NCBI GenBank assembly: GCA_001642005.1
Contig: LWCA01000139.1
Coordinates: forward strand, 1-48,450
Length of the DNA stretch: 48,450 bases
Source of the DNA: Intoshia linei
Taxonomy: Eukaryota > Animalia > Orthonectida
Reading direction: 5' to 3'
In this document: positions 1-13,608 of the stretch, in pieces
How the letters are laid out: each line of letters opens with the position of its first letter
How positions within the stretch are numbered: position 1 is the first letter of the stretch
Notes under the pieces: generated by a model
What the model saw: the letters and a program-made list of their open reading frames with translations, nothing else
Told to the model about the DNA's origin: nothing
Databases searched by the model: none
Position numbers and translations under genes: made by a program

Positions 1-2195
1 TACGATTATCTACCACAAGATTTTGACCAATAAATTTGTTTAGTGGAGTCATTTTTGCAGTCGTAGAAAAAACACCCATTGCTAGAGCCTAAAATGTAAT
101 ATAAAATGAAAAATTATCAAAACTTTTTTCTTCAAATCTACAACTGCCTTTTTCATATCTTGAGGGCATTCAGTGTTGATATCGTAACATATTTCGTCCA
201 ACTGTGCGTCTAGGATAGCTCTTTTGGCTATAAATGCTTTATCCATCGGTCTCGATAATTGGTTTTCACAGTGCATTATTCTTGCGTCAAGTTGGTGAAT
301 TTTTTCAGTAATTAATTTTATATTCTATATTTTTAGTTGAAATTGCACATGGAAAGAAAAATTAAAACCGTATTATATGCATCCTTCGAACATTGGGAAT
401 CACGCACAGATTGCATGTAACTATCCTAAAAATTAGTTTATAACAATAGGCCACAAAAATACCTTCATTTGCTCCGATTTCAATTTAAGTGATTTTAAAC
501 TTTCAATGTGTACTTTAATCTATAAAAATTGGTACATGATATAATAACTATAAAACCTTATTCTCACGCATTGTTTTAAGGTTGTCAATCTTTAGTTTAT
601 GTCTAGGTACATATATGCTTTGCTTTTGGCGTTTATGGAACGAAGTATGAGGTAATGCACTTGAAAAGTGTACTTGTTTGTTTGAATGGTTAAAATTTGG
701 ACTAATTTTTTTTGTAGGTTCTACAACGCTAGCTTTATACGGCTTTGAATTAGATTCAAAGTTTTTGGGTTGAGACTAAGAATGTTTTATTTTATGATCA
801 AACTAAATACAAAATTACCTGTTTAGAATTATTATCAATGTCAAGATATACTTTGATGAACCGATTGTTTAAAATCTAAATCAAAATGTAAATAAAACTA
901 AAAGAGGATATTACTGGTTCACTACATTTGTAGACACTGTATGCACTGTCTGGGCTAACAAACGTGATACTGGCTGCACATTTATCGTCATCGTGGTGTA
1001 CCTAAAAATAATAAGCACAATTGATAAAATACAAACCGTCAATGTTTCAATTTCGCCAAATTTAGCAAAATGATCAGTGAGAATCATAATTTTATTGATT
1101 CCTTCTGGAATACGCCGTAATATAATAGTTTTACACTTGTTATTTCCTAACCGACTTCGCACTCCTTTACGAACGTAATTGTTGGTTTCTACAAACAGTT
1201 GTAAAAAATAAAGTAAATGGTACGGTTGGAAGTGATTTGAATCAAATTTGGATTATTATATACAGTTTTAATTTGATTTCCATGCCTCAAAGAAGGAATT
1301 TCTGGATTATACGCTTCGACTAAGCAGATAAATTATAAAATCAAACCAAAAACCCACCATTTGCTTGATTAGAAATAGGACCAGGTATAACAGTACGTCT
1401 ATTGGAATTAGAATTGTGCATTGAAGCTAAAATTAAAAAATGAAATGGATACAGAATATTAATACGAGAATATGGAGTGTATAGAGGAACAGAATTGTAA
1501 GTGTTTTTATTGATAACTAGAGGTTTATTTTTGTGAACATAAGGACATTTATCTCCTCTAATACATAGACCTTGTTCTATAAAATAAAATTAAAAAAATA
1601 AAATATAAAATCAACCTTCGTAATTTTTACATAAAGGAGCTCTATATTCCTTTGATTCTTTTTCGTCCCGTGATTTATGACGAGAGTATTTATCGTCACT
1701 AATTTCCTTTTTACAACTAAAATATTAAGTAAAATAAACAATACTCATAATAACCGATCTGGGGAAACAGTTTGAGAGTTCTCATCTTTGTCTTCTTTCT
1801 CCAAGTTATCATCACGACTACTCGATATTTGTTTATTTCTTTTACTACTTTTCATTGTATCTTCTCTAGAGTCGTCACATTTTCGTTTTCGATTTTTGTT
1901 AGTAATATATTCAATCAATTTATCGACAAAAACTTCCGTGTCTAAAATTTTTTATATAACAAAATATTCTTGGTTTATCTAACCATCTTTTAAAAACACA
2001 TTCAAGTGTTTAACGTACTGATCCTTTTGTTCATCGACAGGTTTATGTTGTTTTAAAAGAGCCATAACATATACTGCAAATTTCATTGGATCTGCGTCAG
2101 TTCTAAATTCATTTTTAAATAAAATTCTGGTTAAAGTTTTACATTGGCTTTGCTTTCTCAGCTATCCAATCTAAACATTTGTCGCTATCTTCCAT
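1..2195 (-). CDS. RBM26: RNA-binding protein 26/27-like (PWI + CCCH zinc finger + RRM), multi-exon, 3' end outside window
   Basis: ATG at 2195. Splicing of ~35-45 nt GT-AG introns (e.g. 2103-2142, 1942-1983) gives MEDSDKCLDWIAEKAKPITDADPMKFAVYVMALLK...LNVFLKDDTEVFVDKL (PWI), CKNYEEQGLCIRGDKCPYVH (CCCH), IILRRIPEGINKIMILTDHFAKFGEI...EPILNNRFIKVY (RRM1) and VVDNR at the window edge. These match RBM26/27 motifs. Confidence 0.9.
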
Positions 2196-2859
2196 TTTAT
2201 TATTATGATCCTTCAACTAATTAATTGATTTTATATTGTAGATTTTGTGGATGTGAAAATGTATTTCAGGATTTTATTTAATGACGATATTGTAATATCA
2301 ATAAATTAATTTTCATTTCAAGGATAACGTTTCATTGATACAATGGAATTGTGGATTTGTTTCTATAGTAAACGTAACTATATTACTTTTATGTATTTAT
2401 AATAATTTTATTCTTTTATGATTATTGCGACGTTCTGGTTCTTAATTTTACAATATGCGTCGACGAAAATTTGTCGTATATTCATTTACATAATGCAATA
2501 ATATCACATAATTGTAATGATTACAATGCAATGTAACTACTACTTTTTAATTTGATTTTTTAAACACAATTTTGAGTTTGCAGTACAAACTTTGTACCCA
2601 ATCTTGCAGGTTTAGTTCTACAATAATTATTTTTACATGAAATATTAATTTAATCAAATTTGGTGTAAATCAAATAATGGCTTATCATTGAAACACTGCG
2701 CGCTTTATTTTTTATTATTTTTCGGATCGTGGTACAGAACATAATATCCATTGCATTGTCCAGTTGGTGCTGAACAAAAAAATATAAATTAAATGAATTG
2801 AAATAAAAGAAAATTTATTTTAAATTTAACGTTTAACCCCATGTTTAAAATTTAGACTA

Positions 2860-3182
2860 TTGTCTTTTCTCGATTATAAGAAGTCTTCCTATATTCGAGA
2901 GTAGAAGGAAAAATGCTTATAATCAAAAACAAGCAGACTTTTAAGCAGACCTTAAAAAATACACTAAAAGTTTTTTTCTAATTAGTATAAACTTATCAAT
3001 TAGACATTCTATTGTATGAAGAAAGTTATTTTTTAGAAATAAATTGATATGTTGTCTATTTTTTGTTTAAAGTTCTTTCTTTCGAATACAAGCAGAAACT
3101 GCTTATATTCAAATTTTATTTAGTTAAAAATTTCACTGAAAATTTGTATTTCATGGATCTGCTTATAATCGACAAAAGACAG
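2860..3182. mobile_element. Tc1/mariner-pogo type MITE
   Basis: Inverted termini TTGTCTTTTCTCGATTATAAG / CTTATAATCGACAAAAGACAG flanked by TA on both sides; internal CTTATA(A/T)TC repeats. Confidence 0.65.
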
Positions 3183-3264
3183 TAATCTGAATTTCAAAGT
3201 ATATTTTATTTAATCTTTTTTTATTTTTTATGAAAATAAACGGGTGTCTACTTAAATTATTACT

Positions 3265-3610
3265 TAAATCCAACCATTTTTATTAAAAATCAAAATTTAC
3301 CAACACTAAAAATCTAAAATTCAGTTTTACCAACTCTAAAAGCAAAAACTGGATTTTTTCCTTAAATGTTAGTAAAACTGGAATTTTCCCTAAAGGGTTT
3401 TTAAAACCGAATTTATCCGTTTAGGGTTGGTAAAACATGATTTTTCCCTTAAAGGTTGGTAAAACTGGAATTTTTTCATTATAGGTTGGTAAAAGTGGGT
3501 TTTCCCATAAGGTTTGGTAAAATTGGGATTTTTCCTTAGGGGTTTGTAAAAGTGGATTTTTACCTTAATTGTTGGTAAATTTTGATTTTTAGTAAAAATG
3601 GTTGGGTTTA
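3265..3610. repeat. Foldback-like element: ~40-bp inverted termini with ~30-bp GGTTGGTAAAA..GGATTTTT units
   Basis: CCAACCATTTTTATTAAAAATCAAAATTTACCAACA (3270) is the near-perfect reverse complement of ~3570-3605; internal units switch orientation near 3350. Confidence 0.7.
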
Positions 3611-3899
3611 AAAATATTCTCAAAATAAACCATTTTTTCCATAAAGACAACTAAACTAACCTGTCATTAAAAATGCTCTTTTTATAGTTTATAGTTACTT
3701 TTAAACCATCCGAAACAATTTCAACAAATTTGTAAAGTAATTGGATTTGCATAATGAAAATATTAGTTCATTGTTTGTATTCCACAAATCACTTTTTAAT
3801 TTTTCTCACAAAATTATTATTATTTAATTGGTTAGTTACAAAATTTCTATTATTATTTGTGTCATCTCAATGTAATATAAGATTTTTACCGATTACTTT

Positions 3900-6800
3900 A
3901 TGGATTACAATAAAATAAAGAAAAATATCCTTGAAGGCTACTTAACTGATTTACCAAATTTACACTCTAAAATTGTACGTATTTTTACTAGCAGCACATT
4001 CACCGGTATTTATTTCAACTTTATCATAGAAATATTGATAAAATCAATTCAATACGTTTAGATACTAAAATTGAAAGAGACACATTAATAACTCGAGTTT
4101 ATCCGAAAATAAAAGAATTTTGTCGTCTTAATTATGGATTAGATTTTCAGGTTTCTAGGATAAATTTTGATATACACTTTTTTTTATAATATTACGAATT
4201 TTTAATAAATCTAATACATTTTTTACTGAAGGTTGTTGATATGAGATGGGGAATTCCTGAAGGTGCTATGGATGATCATACCACAGTTGAAACGTGCGTA
4301 CAAGAAATAGATGCCTGCAAACGTTTATCTCTTGGACCAAATTTTGTAGTAATCTTACTGATTAACTAACATTGCGTTTAATACACCATATATTTCCATA
4401 TATCATGTTTAACCGTAGGGTTGTCAACTCGCGACAGATTAAAAATAAAATTTATAAAATATGTGTTGAAACATGTTTATGTGATTGTATATTGTAAAAA
4501 ATCATATTTTAGTTATTTTCTGGTCAAAAGTATGGATATCAGCCGCTATCAAAGTTAATTAAAGTAGATGAATTTAAAAAAATATTGACTGTGATTGAAA
4601 AAGATTCAGAAGAATATAATCTTTTGAATAAATGGTATATTCATGATGAAAATGCAATTCCAAGTGTGTATGTACTGCAAACAATTAGCAAATACTATAT
4701 ACACTTTAATGATAAGGTAATTTTATATATAACGTTGAATTGGTATTTTTAAATAAATTTTTCGAGGGTGCGCTTGATTTCGGTTGTTTAATGTAATTGT
4801 GAACTTGTCAATCATGAAAAAAATAATAATAAAAATAATATGTTATGTGGACGAGGGTCCACATGAACTACGTTGAGGATACCCGAAACGGAAGATTTTG
4901 ATAATGTATAATTTAGCGTATCGAAAATAAAAATTTAAAAGATGCGCATATCGACAAATGGTGGGTAACTTACAATAGCTTGACATTGTAAATATTTTAA
5001 AAAGTTAATTTTAAACGAATACCAAAATTATTTAGAATCTTGAGACGTGCGGCTTTAATGCTATTTTTAATGAAGTAAATAAATTATATAATTATATAAG
5101 GATTTTATATATTTTATTTAGAAAAATTACAGCACAAGATTTAATGAATTATTTTATTTCTAGTACATTATTATTTTAATAATATTTATAATTATAAATA
5201 AGTTATTACTAACTACTAATGTAGTTTTAAATAACATTGGACGTTCTGAAAAGTATTTAAGGGTCCATCAAATTATATATTCAAATTGAATAAGATACTT
5301 AATGTTTTTATACATTCAATTAAATTTTAATTTCCAAATCCTAAGTTAGGTTTCCTAACTTATATAAAACTTTTTGTTTGTATGTATGTCTGAGTGTTTT
5401 TTCGTTTATTTCAACAACTAAGATTTCTATAGTTTTAGCAAATATAAATTCCAAGTCATACTTTTCAAATGGAAAAAGTAAGATAAATTTCAATCTCAGA
5501 AACTTACATTTTCCAATTAACCTTTTTTAAAAAAAATTCTTAAAAAAATTTTCACTCTGATACAGATTTTTAAACAATGAACTATCATAAATTATCATAA
5601 ATTATTATAAATTTCATAATCTTATCATAATATCATAAATTATCATTATCATAATCTCATTATCATATTATCATAAATTTTAATTTCAAAAAGGTTTATA
5701 TTCAGGGTAAAAACCCATATTACGATTTTTATAAAAAATTTACAAAAATTACAGTTCATATCCTAGAATTTATAATGTACATTGTACATCCTGGAATATA
5801 TAATTTTAAATAATTTCTTCACTTTTGGGAACCACTCCTTTAATGGATTGGTAACAGTGAATTGTATCATTTTTAAGCAAGATTTTATTTTTTTGGTAGA
5901 ATTAAAAATGTCCCCTTGGCATATCTAGGTTATGTTTGTACAAAGTACAAAACATTAAAGGTACTATAATATTATGTATCACCATTTTTTTACAACGACA
6001 CAATTACAATAACCCTTGTTGTAGATTCTAAGATACATTTTTCTAACTGAAAAAAAGTTTATGTGTATAATTAATACATTTACAACTTATTAACAATTTT
6101 AAATATAATAATGATAAATCTAGCCAACACTCAAAAATCTTTTTTCTAAATATGTATTTAGTCTGATGTAGTTTTTTTTTGCGATTCTAACGGTATAAAA
6201 TATATTGGTGGCTTACGTCAGAATAAGACAAAATTTTAATTTGAGTCTTTATTAATTAACAAAATAATATTTGTCATAGTTATTAATTTTAAAATACAAA
6301 AATCATTATTTTAACATTATTCGATATACATAATATTTAATTATAAAATAAGTCACTTTTTCATAAAAATCTCCTTTTATCTATACTTTAAAATAAATTT
6401 GATTAAAATTAGCATAAGATAACTAATCTAAAAATAATATTAAACAATTTTATATAATTTTTATCAATATTGTTAAATAAAATGTTTAAAATATGTGTCA
6501 AACTACTGCATGGTTTGTGATGTTTATTTAATTAAATCCAAAAAATTATATTAAATAAATGAAAATTTAAAATTCTCCTACAAATGTGCTCTGTCAATGG
6601 ATGTAACAGATCAGATTTGGACGTCTAAATTTATATGTGCTGGCTGTACGACATCATTGAGAAAAGAAAAACCTATAATATTATTATGGATACAGAACGA
6701 TGGTTTCTATGTATCGATTCATCTTCCAAAAGCCTAAAAGGGTGTCTTATTGATTTTCAGACCAAATTTCGGATCTTTTCTGTTAGATGACTACCACACA

Positions 6801-9800
6801 TGCGCTTATTCATGGCTATGAAATTTTAAACGACTACCAACATTGATAATCAATGCAATAGTAATAAAAATAAATGATAATCAATATTTTTACCAAGGAG
6901 ATATGCCGCATACAGAAAACTGAGACAAAGACTTAAAACGCCACTCTGTATTATTTCTGTTTTTGTTATTGAATAAATTTGATCGTTATTTATGGTAGTC
7001 ATTTAAAATTTGGTAGTCATCTAATAGAAAAGATCCCAAATTTCAAACAATTGTCATGTTTTATTCTACAGAATTGAAGGAAACCTACTAAAACATAGAC
7101 AAATGTTTGAAACTCATTAAATACTCTGAAAATTTATGGAACGTTTGCTGTGATTTCATTGATCATGTCATTGTCATGAATATCTATTGTAAGCGGGACA
7201 CAAATGGGTGCTGTAAAATATCCATGCCCATTCTGTCTCTTTGATGCTACTGATAAGAGTTATCATTATATAAAAATAAAATGGCCTGAAAAACCAGAAG
7301 TTGGTGTTATTGACCAGTTTAATTTTAAAAAACCACCTTTAATATCCAATTCTAAATTAATTTTACTACCACTTTACATAAAATTAGGCTTGGTTAAACA
7401 GTTTTTGACTCGATTACATAAAATATCTGTTTTATCTAAATTAACAGTGGCAGAAAAAGCAATCTCCATTCTGAAAAAAATATTCCCAGAAATTTCAGAT
7501 TCAAAATTAATAAAAGGAATCTTAAATGGCCCTCAAATAAAAAAACTCTTGAAATCTTGTGAATTTAGATTATTTTTATCGAATGATCAGCTTTATGCAT
7601 TTAAATGTTTTGAAAATGTAGAACAGTTTTTTGGTAAATATTAATTTATTCCAATTTTTTAATGTAATTCTTATTTTTTTAGGAAATTACCGGAGCGAAT
7701 ATTGGAGAATTCTATTGGAAGAACTTATTAGTTTTGATGAAATGAATTACCTTTATAGTATTAAAGTCCACATTATTGACGCTCATGCTAATTTATTTGT
7801 ACGAAATTGCGGTGCTTTCTCAGACAAGAAGGGAGAACGGTTTCACCAAACTTTAAGAATATATGAACAACGATTTCACAAAACAAATTTAAAAAACATG
7901 GTGTGTAAATATTCATGGTGGTGTATTAAGTGTATTGTATTTGTAAGTAAAATAAACTTACATTTTTATTTTGTAATTCGTTTTTAATTTATTAATTACG
8001 CTTGATGTAGACGTAAACCATTTCGGTGAAATAAATTGTATTAGTACTTTTAAATTTTTTTTCATACAAAATAAAATTCGTTAAGAAAGATTTTGATTTG
8101 AAAAAATTTATATTATTTCAGGTGTGTACTGCAGGTAACTGTTTTAAATTTTTTTTATTTTTTTAGATAAGATTTAAATTATATATTTAACAATATGACA
8201 GTCATAGCTAGAGAAAAATAAAAAAATAAAGCTAATATATCCATTTATTCATTATATTACCTTATTTTTGCTACCCCGTATCTCGGGTACCTGACGTACA
8301 ACAATAAAAAAATAATATACATAATGATGTCAAGAAAAAATTACACATATGTAGAATGATAGGAAAGAGAAAGATTTTTGAAAGTCGATTTTTGTTGACT
8401 AGTGTAATATAATGTTTTGGTGGAATGCCGCAATTTAAATAATATTTTTGATTTTCAATTTTTAAAAATGGACGATTTGAATTATTTATTATTAATTTTC
8501 ATATATTATAATGTAAAATACATTTAGTTACTAACCGTGAAGTAAATTATGGAATATTAAATAATGAAAATGCGGACAAACAATGTTTAGGTTTATATTT
8601 AAAATTTACTGCAAGGTTTCCAAAATGAACCGCGCTAAAAAACTATATTATAGATTAGTTTTTCTCAACCGGTGTCCCCTGGATTACCAAAAAAAATTAA
8701 ATACCTATATTTAATCTTATGTAAACGTGTTAATAATAAATATAGTGTATTCCCGCACCATTGAGAAACTGAATACACAATTGTCGATAGCTATTGCTTT
8801 CATGGATTTAAACGGAATTACAATAAATAAAGTATCACAAAGATTATTGTACAAATTAAAATTGAAATTAAAAAAACATTTACCTAAAAATAATTTTTTT
8901 AAATATAAAGTTACATGGGATTCAAATAATGGAATAGATATAAACACGCATGATGAATATATATCAAATTTTTGCAATAATTTTCAAAGTAATATTATGG
9001 AAATGATTACCGAGTAATTTTTTTAAATCTATATAAAATTTACACACTGGATATGATTACGATTGTTATTTTTAACCTTGTAGTTGTAATTACATTCAAA
9101 AAATTTATATATTTTTTAGCTTGTCTGATTTTGCACTCAGGGTCGTGGAGAGCTAGCAATACGCCCTATATTTATTTTTTTAATTTGAGACGTATATACA
9201 TTGTATAATCCAGTGGCCACCAAACTTTTTAATATGGGAGCCGAAATAACTAAAAAAAAATCCGCAGGCCCGATGGAAAATATACACGACGATATTTTAA
9301 ATTATGATTAAAATTTTAAGTTGATGAATTAATAAGTTTCTCATGACCTAGAAATTACGAGTGGATAATATTTATTTAAAATCTAAGTAAATGATATATG
9401 ATAATTTTTAAAATATCACCGGTGTATTTTATAATACATTAAATTCTCCAACTCAATTGATTTTCAAAAAGAGGGATAATTGGGGTGTTTGACCCGTAAG
9501 ATGTGAGTTTGGGAGGTTGAAATTTATCTTATTATACGTCCCGGAAAAAACTGTAATTGAAATGTTACTTTATAAAAATCTAAGAGGGTTAGTTATTTCA
9601 ATAAAGTGGAACACACACACAAACAAAAATCGCGAAGCATATTATATAAGTAATTATTTGTAATTCGCTGGCCGTAGTTTGGTGGTCACTGGTTGAATCG
9701 ATCGTTTCTTGCATAAAATTTGAAAATAACAGTTGTAAATCGCATTGGTCATCATAATTTTGACATACTTAAGAAATTAAAATATTAGACCCCTTATGAT

Positions 9801-11606
9801 TGTAGGCTCGGGCCATATGGCCCCTAGCCCCTCTCCGCGACCCTGTTTTCACAAGGTTCACTGTATTATAAAGGTTACCAAAAAATAGCAATTGTTGAAC
9901 TTATAATAGTTTATATTCAAAAATATCATGTTATAAATGTTAAATTTGGAAAAGTGGGCCCTCATTTTGAAAAAATTACGAATTAGTTTTACCAATTTTT
10001 CACCCCTGAAAATAGTAAAATTTCTCTTCAGTGAATAAATTCCCGGTTGAGAACCACTGAATTAAATTAATCGATATCGTAAATTTGAACATTACGAGAA
10101 ATACAATAAAAATGATTATGTAAATGAATCAACCAATCAATGGAAACTTTATAATTTTTAGAGCTTATACCCATCAAAGTAAATTCAATGATTACAGATC
10201 ATATAGTGAAATCTTACAACATTTACAAATTGGAATATCTTCACTGTCCTCATTTTACGGCAGAAACGAAATATTAACTAAAGTTAAAGACTACATTAAA
10301 AGCAATTCAAGGGAACCATTCTGTAAGTTTAAACTTTATTAAATTAAAATTATGTTCATTTGATAGAGGCACTTTACCAATACACTGGACCTTTAACCCT
10401 AGACTACCAATTTATAACGGTTATTATATATATTTGTATCACATATTGGTAGTCAATAAAAACTCTATTTTCAAACAGCTTCCCCAAAATTAACTCGTTA
10501 GGGTCTGATACTATCTAATTAGACATTGATAAATATTTATACATGAAATTTTTGACAGGTATAATTGGACCAGGCGGAATAGGCAAAACATTTATAATGT
10601 CAAAAATATTAAAGGACGTAATTTCTTAATTTTTATATAGATTTACATATTAATATTTATCTAGATTAGAGATTGGGTTTTCCCCGAAAAATACATTGTA
10701 ATAATAAGATTTTTGGGAACAACTCCAAAGAGCACAAATATTATTACATTATTAACAGATTGTTGTAAACAATTAAGAAAAACATTTACCAAAATTTATC
10801 AAGTGGAAATCAACGATGAAGTGATGACTCAACAATTAAAACCTAAAACAGAACAAGTTTTGGAATTTGATGACCATCAATATATATTAAATCTGAGCAA
10901 GGAAGAAATACCAAGTAATATTATAATATTTTTAATTGTATTTATCTAGACCTCCACGAAAAACCCTAAATTTAGTAGCAGTTATCTTTGATCAAAAATA
11001 TTACCCTACCAATATTTAAAAATAAAAATTTTAACAGTTTTTATGTTAAAGGTCCACTCTTTTGCCCTACTTAAATAAATAGCATTGATCTTAAAAATTT
11101 AATATAAACAAATTTTATGAGAAATTGACTGGTATTAACTGTCCCGTTAAAACCCGTCCTGTCCTGTTAAGTTAAAATCCCATTTTTAACTGCTCTAAAT
11201 AAAAAATACTATTTAAATTATTAGTTTAAATTAAAGTATTGTGCTATTCTGGAAAATTTTTAATTCTTAATATTATTTTTAAAGTTGCATATATTTAGCC
11301 AAATTACTTGACTTGAGCAAATATTTCGAAAAATTGATAAATGCTTCAAACCAAACCCATCCAATAGTAATTTTATTTGACGGTTTGGATCAATTGTCTA
11401 ATTCTAATTCATCACAACAAATGTCGTGGCTGCCGGTAAAACTTGCTGAATACACAAAAGTTATAATTTCTTCAAAATCCAGTCCTTTGGATATTGTAGC
11501 TACTCTAAAAGCACTTATCAAAAATGAAAATAATTTTGAAATTATTAAAAAGATTGATAAAGACGGTGGAATGAATATGTTGAGGTATAATTATATATTT
11601 CAATGA
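3900..11606 (+). CDS. NWD1/NWD2-like STAND NTPase: DUF4062 N-terminus + NACHT; C-terminal WD40 region not seen
   Basis: 13 in-frame exons: 3900-4005, 4062-4150, 4232-4348, 4513-4716, 4917-4987, 5036-5074, 5122-5162, 8528-8590, 8746-9013, 10162-10322, 10559-10617, 10665-10914, 11299-11584 (~585 aa; read-through stop at 11606). Motifs: IVRIFTSSTFTDTKIERD, FQVVDMRWGI, GQKYGYQPL, Walker A GPGGIGKT, IRFLGTTP, Walker B IVILFDGLDQL, SWLP. Confidence 0.88.
5353..5964 (+). mobile_element. Non-autonomous Helitron-family copy in NWD intron 7
   Basis: 5' TCCTAACTTATATAAAA, degenerate 3' hairpin TGTTTGTAC-AAA-GTACAAAACA, internal TTATCATAA microsatellite at 5582-5678; homologous to other copies in the window. 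Confidence 0.6.
6118..8404 (+). mobile_element. Degenerate Chapaev3-like (CMC superfamily) DNA transposon in NWD intron 7
   Basis: Right end TGTTGACTAGTG|TAA; left end TAA|ATCTAGCCAACA (degenerate TIR, TWA TSD). Broken transposase carries CxxC motifs, WFLCIDSSSKSLK, ELKETY, WNVCCDF, YPCPFCLFD, LPLYIKLGLVKQF, GPQIKKL, FGNYRSE, YSIKVHIIDAH and FSDKKGERFHQ, with stops and frameshifts. Confidence 0.75.
6771..7036. mobile_element. MITE with 26-bp TIRs and 8-bp TSD (Merlin/MULE-like) inserted in the Chapaev3-like transposase
   Basis: GGATCTTTTCTGTTAGATGACTACCA / TGGTAGTCATCTAATAGAAAAGATCC; TSD CAAATTTC at 6763-6770 and 7037-7044. Removing it restores the frame DFQTKFQTIVMFYSTELKETY. Confidence 0.85.
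9138..9845. mobile_element. hAT MITE (outer) in NWD intron 9
   Basis: TIRs CAGGGTCGTGGAGAG / CTCTCCGCGACCCTG; TSD TTTGCACT/TTTTCACA (6/8); related copy at 18478. Confidence 0.75.
9211..9691. mobile_element. hAT MITE (inner), itself carrying a Helitron 5' fragment at ~9455-9653
   Basis: TIRs CAGTGGCCACCAAAC / GTTTGGTGGTCACTG; TSD GTATAATC/GTTGAATC (6/8). Confidence 0.75.
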
Positions 11607-11969
11607 ATGAAATAAAACTGTTAGTCAACTTTTAAAAAAATTATTCAAAAAGTAGTTCAGATTGATACTTTTTGGCACATTTTTATTTTATTAAAAAATA
11701 AATTCCATGTTGAAAATCTAACTTAAAAATCCTACTATTAACTATTATCAATCATTTAATGGAGTTGTTCCCAAACCTGTTTTAGGTGGAACCGTCATAT
11801 CACATTACTTTTTACTTTAAAGTGAATTATTCCACTTAATTTTGTTTGTTAACATTTGTGGAATTTCAAAAACAATTGTTATCCCATTTTTTAAATTTAT
11901 TAGACAGAATGTGTGTATGATATTAAAAATAAAGTTAAAACAGTCCAATCCTAAATTAAATAAATCCTT

Positions 11970-12318
11970 AAATTCTAGATCTGTTTTAATTAAAAAAAAG
12001 GGTAATTTGGAGTTTTGGCCCTGAAAATACATTTTTTTAAATTTAAATTTATGATAATATTTATGATTTTAAAATCTGTATCAGAGTATATATTTTTTTG
12101 AACTCTCGAACTCGTTTGGATTTAAAAAAAAAGACAATTGGGCTTTTTGACCCGTAAGATGTGAGTTTGGGAGGTTGAAATTTATTTTGCTACGACCACG
12201 GAAAAAACTGTAATTGAAATGTGGCCTTTATGAAAATCTACGACTGGTAGTTATTGAAATAAACGGGAACACACAGACACACAAAAAAATATTGCGTAGC
12301 ATATTATATAAGTAAGGA
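11970..12318 (-). mobile_element. Helitron-family 5' portion
   Basis: Minus-strand start A|TCCTTACTTATATAA; closely similar to 13250-13608, 9455-9653 and (inverted) 27831-28120. Confidence 0.7.
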
Positions 12319-12346
12319 TACTACACATATAATACTATGTATATTA

Positions 12347-13248
12347 CACTGTCCAACATTGCAAAAAGAAACTTAATGTAACATATTATAATAGTCAGCT
12401 AATTTTTGTGATTCTAACGATATACATATTTTTATATAATTGAAGATCGTAAAACATGTGATATTTTAATTAGTAATTTTACTATTCTATTAAATTTATA
12501 CCCACAAAAAAACATAGTGACATTTTTTACATGTCAAATAAACTTTTTATGACAACTTTCAATTAATTAAAGCGATGAGTTAATTTAATAATTGCATTCT
12601 CACGAAACATTTAAACCAAGAATTACACCGTCCAACACGTATACTACAAACTTACTGCGACCATCATCATTGAATTACTGAGTGTTAGACCTTTCTAATA
12701 AATATTTTCTTTTACTTTTTAAAGATTGTGATCGTCTGATGCAAAATAATTTTACCACCACTTCATATAAAACTTGGATTGGTTAAACAATTTTTATGTG
12801 AATTGAATAGACAATACAATAACAATGGACCACCAAAGGCATTGCCATCATTTTTCCTAATCTCAGCGACGCTAAATTAATGGCTGGTATGCTAAATGGC
12901 CCACAAATTAGAAATTAGAAGACTACAATGATGAATTATATGATGTACATTTTCGATCTACCCTTAAACCTGAACAAAAAAATGCGTTTAATGCTTTAGA
13001 AAATGTAATCTCATTTTTTCTTGGAAACAATCGATCTGAAAATTACAAGGATTTAATCGAAGAGTTATGGATAAAATACCAAGAAATGAACTGCCTTTAT
13101 AGCATAAAAATGCATTACTTAGAATGTCATTTAGATTTCTTTGCGCTAAACTGCGGTATGTGGTCTACCGAAAAAAGTGAACAATTTCATCAAACTATGA
13201 TGTTATATGAAAAACGTTTTGGAAGATGTAGATCATTAAATATGATTT
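12347..13248 (+). mobile_element. Second Chapaev3-like element (internally deleted), cut off at the N at 13249
   Basis: TTA|CACTGTCCAACA left end. Relic coding: PPLHIKLGLVKQF, FPNLSDAKLMAGMLNGPQIRN, FFLGNNRSENY, YSIKMHYLECHLDFF, EQFHQ. Confidence 0.75.
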
Positions 13249-13249
13249 N

Positions 13250-13608
13250 AATTTTAGGGCTGTTTTCATTAAAAAAAGAAGGGTAATTTGGGGTTTTGGC
13301 CCTGAAGATATAAGTTTTTTAAATTTAAATATATAATAAAATATTTATGATTTTAAAATCCGTATCAGAGTATATATTTTTCTAAATTCTCGAACTCGTT
13401 TGTTTTTCAAAAAAAAGACAATTGGGCTTTTTGACCCGTAAGATGTGAGTTTGGGAGGTTGAAATGTATTTTGCTAACATCCCCAGAAAACACTGTAATT
13501 GAAATGTGGACTTTATAAAATTCTAAGACTGGTAGTTATTGAAATAAACAGTAACACACACAATCAAAGATTGCATAGCATATTATTATATAATTATATA
13601 AGTAACGA
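13250..13608 (-). mobile_element. Helitron-family 5' portion
   Basis: Direct-repeat homologue of 11970-12318; minus-strand start A|TCGTTACTTATATAA. Confidence 0.7.

Noticed and set aside
4870-4900. Hammerhead ribozyme (TTGAGGA..GAAAC; also CTGATGA near 30050)
   Set aside because: No stem III or cleavage triplet at the first site and no GAAA at the second.
7204-7987. Domesticated RAG-like nested host gene
   Set aside because: The upstream transposase region has stops, frameshifts and a MITE insertion, and TIR/TSD remnants are present, so it is a dead transposon.
8656-10059. hAT TIR pair apparently capturing NWD exon 9
   Set aside because: Flanks match only 4/8 as a TSD and the exon is a collinear part of the host gene; more likely two separate MITE remnants.
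3900-11606. Stop-codon reassignment suggested by the fragmented ORF track
   Set aside because: All breaks in host genes are resolved by short GT-AG introns, and genes end at normal TAA/TAG.
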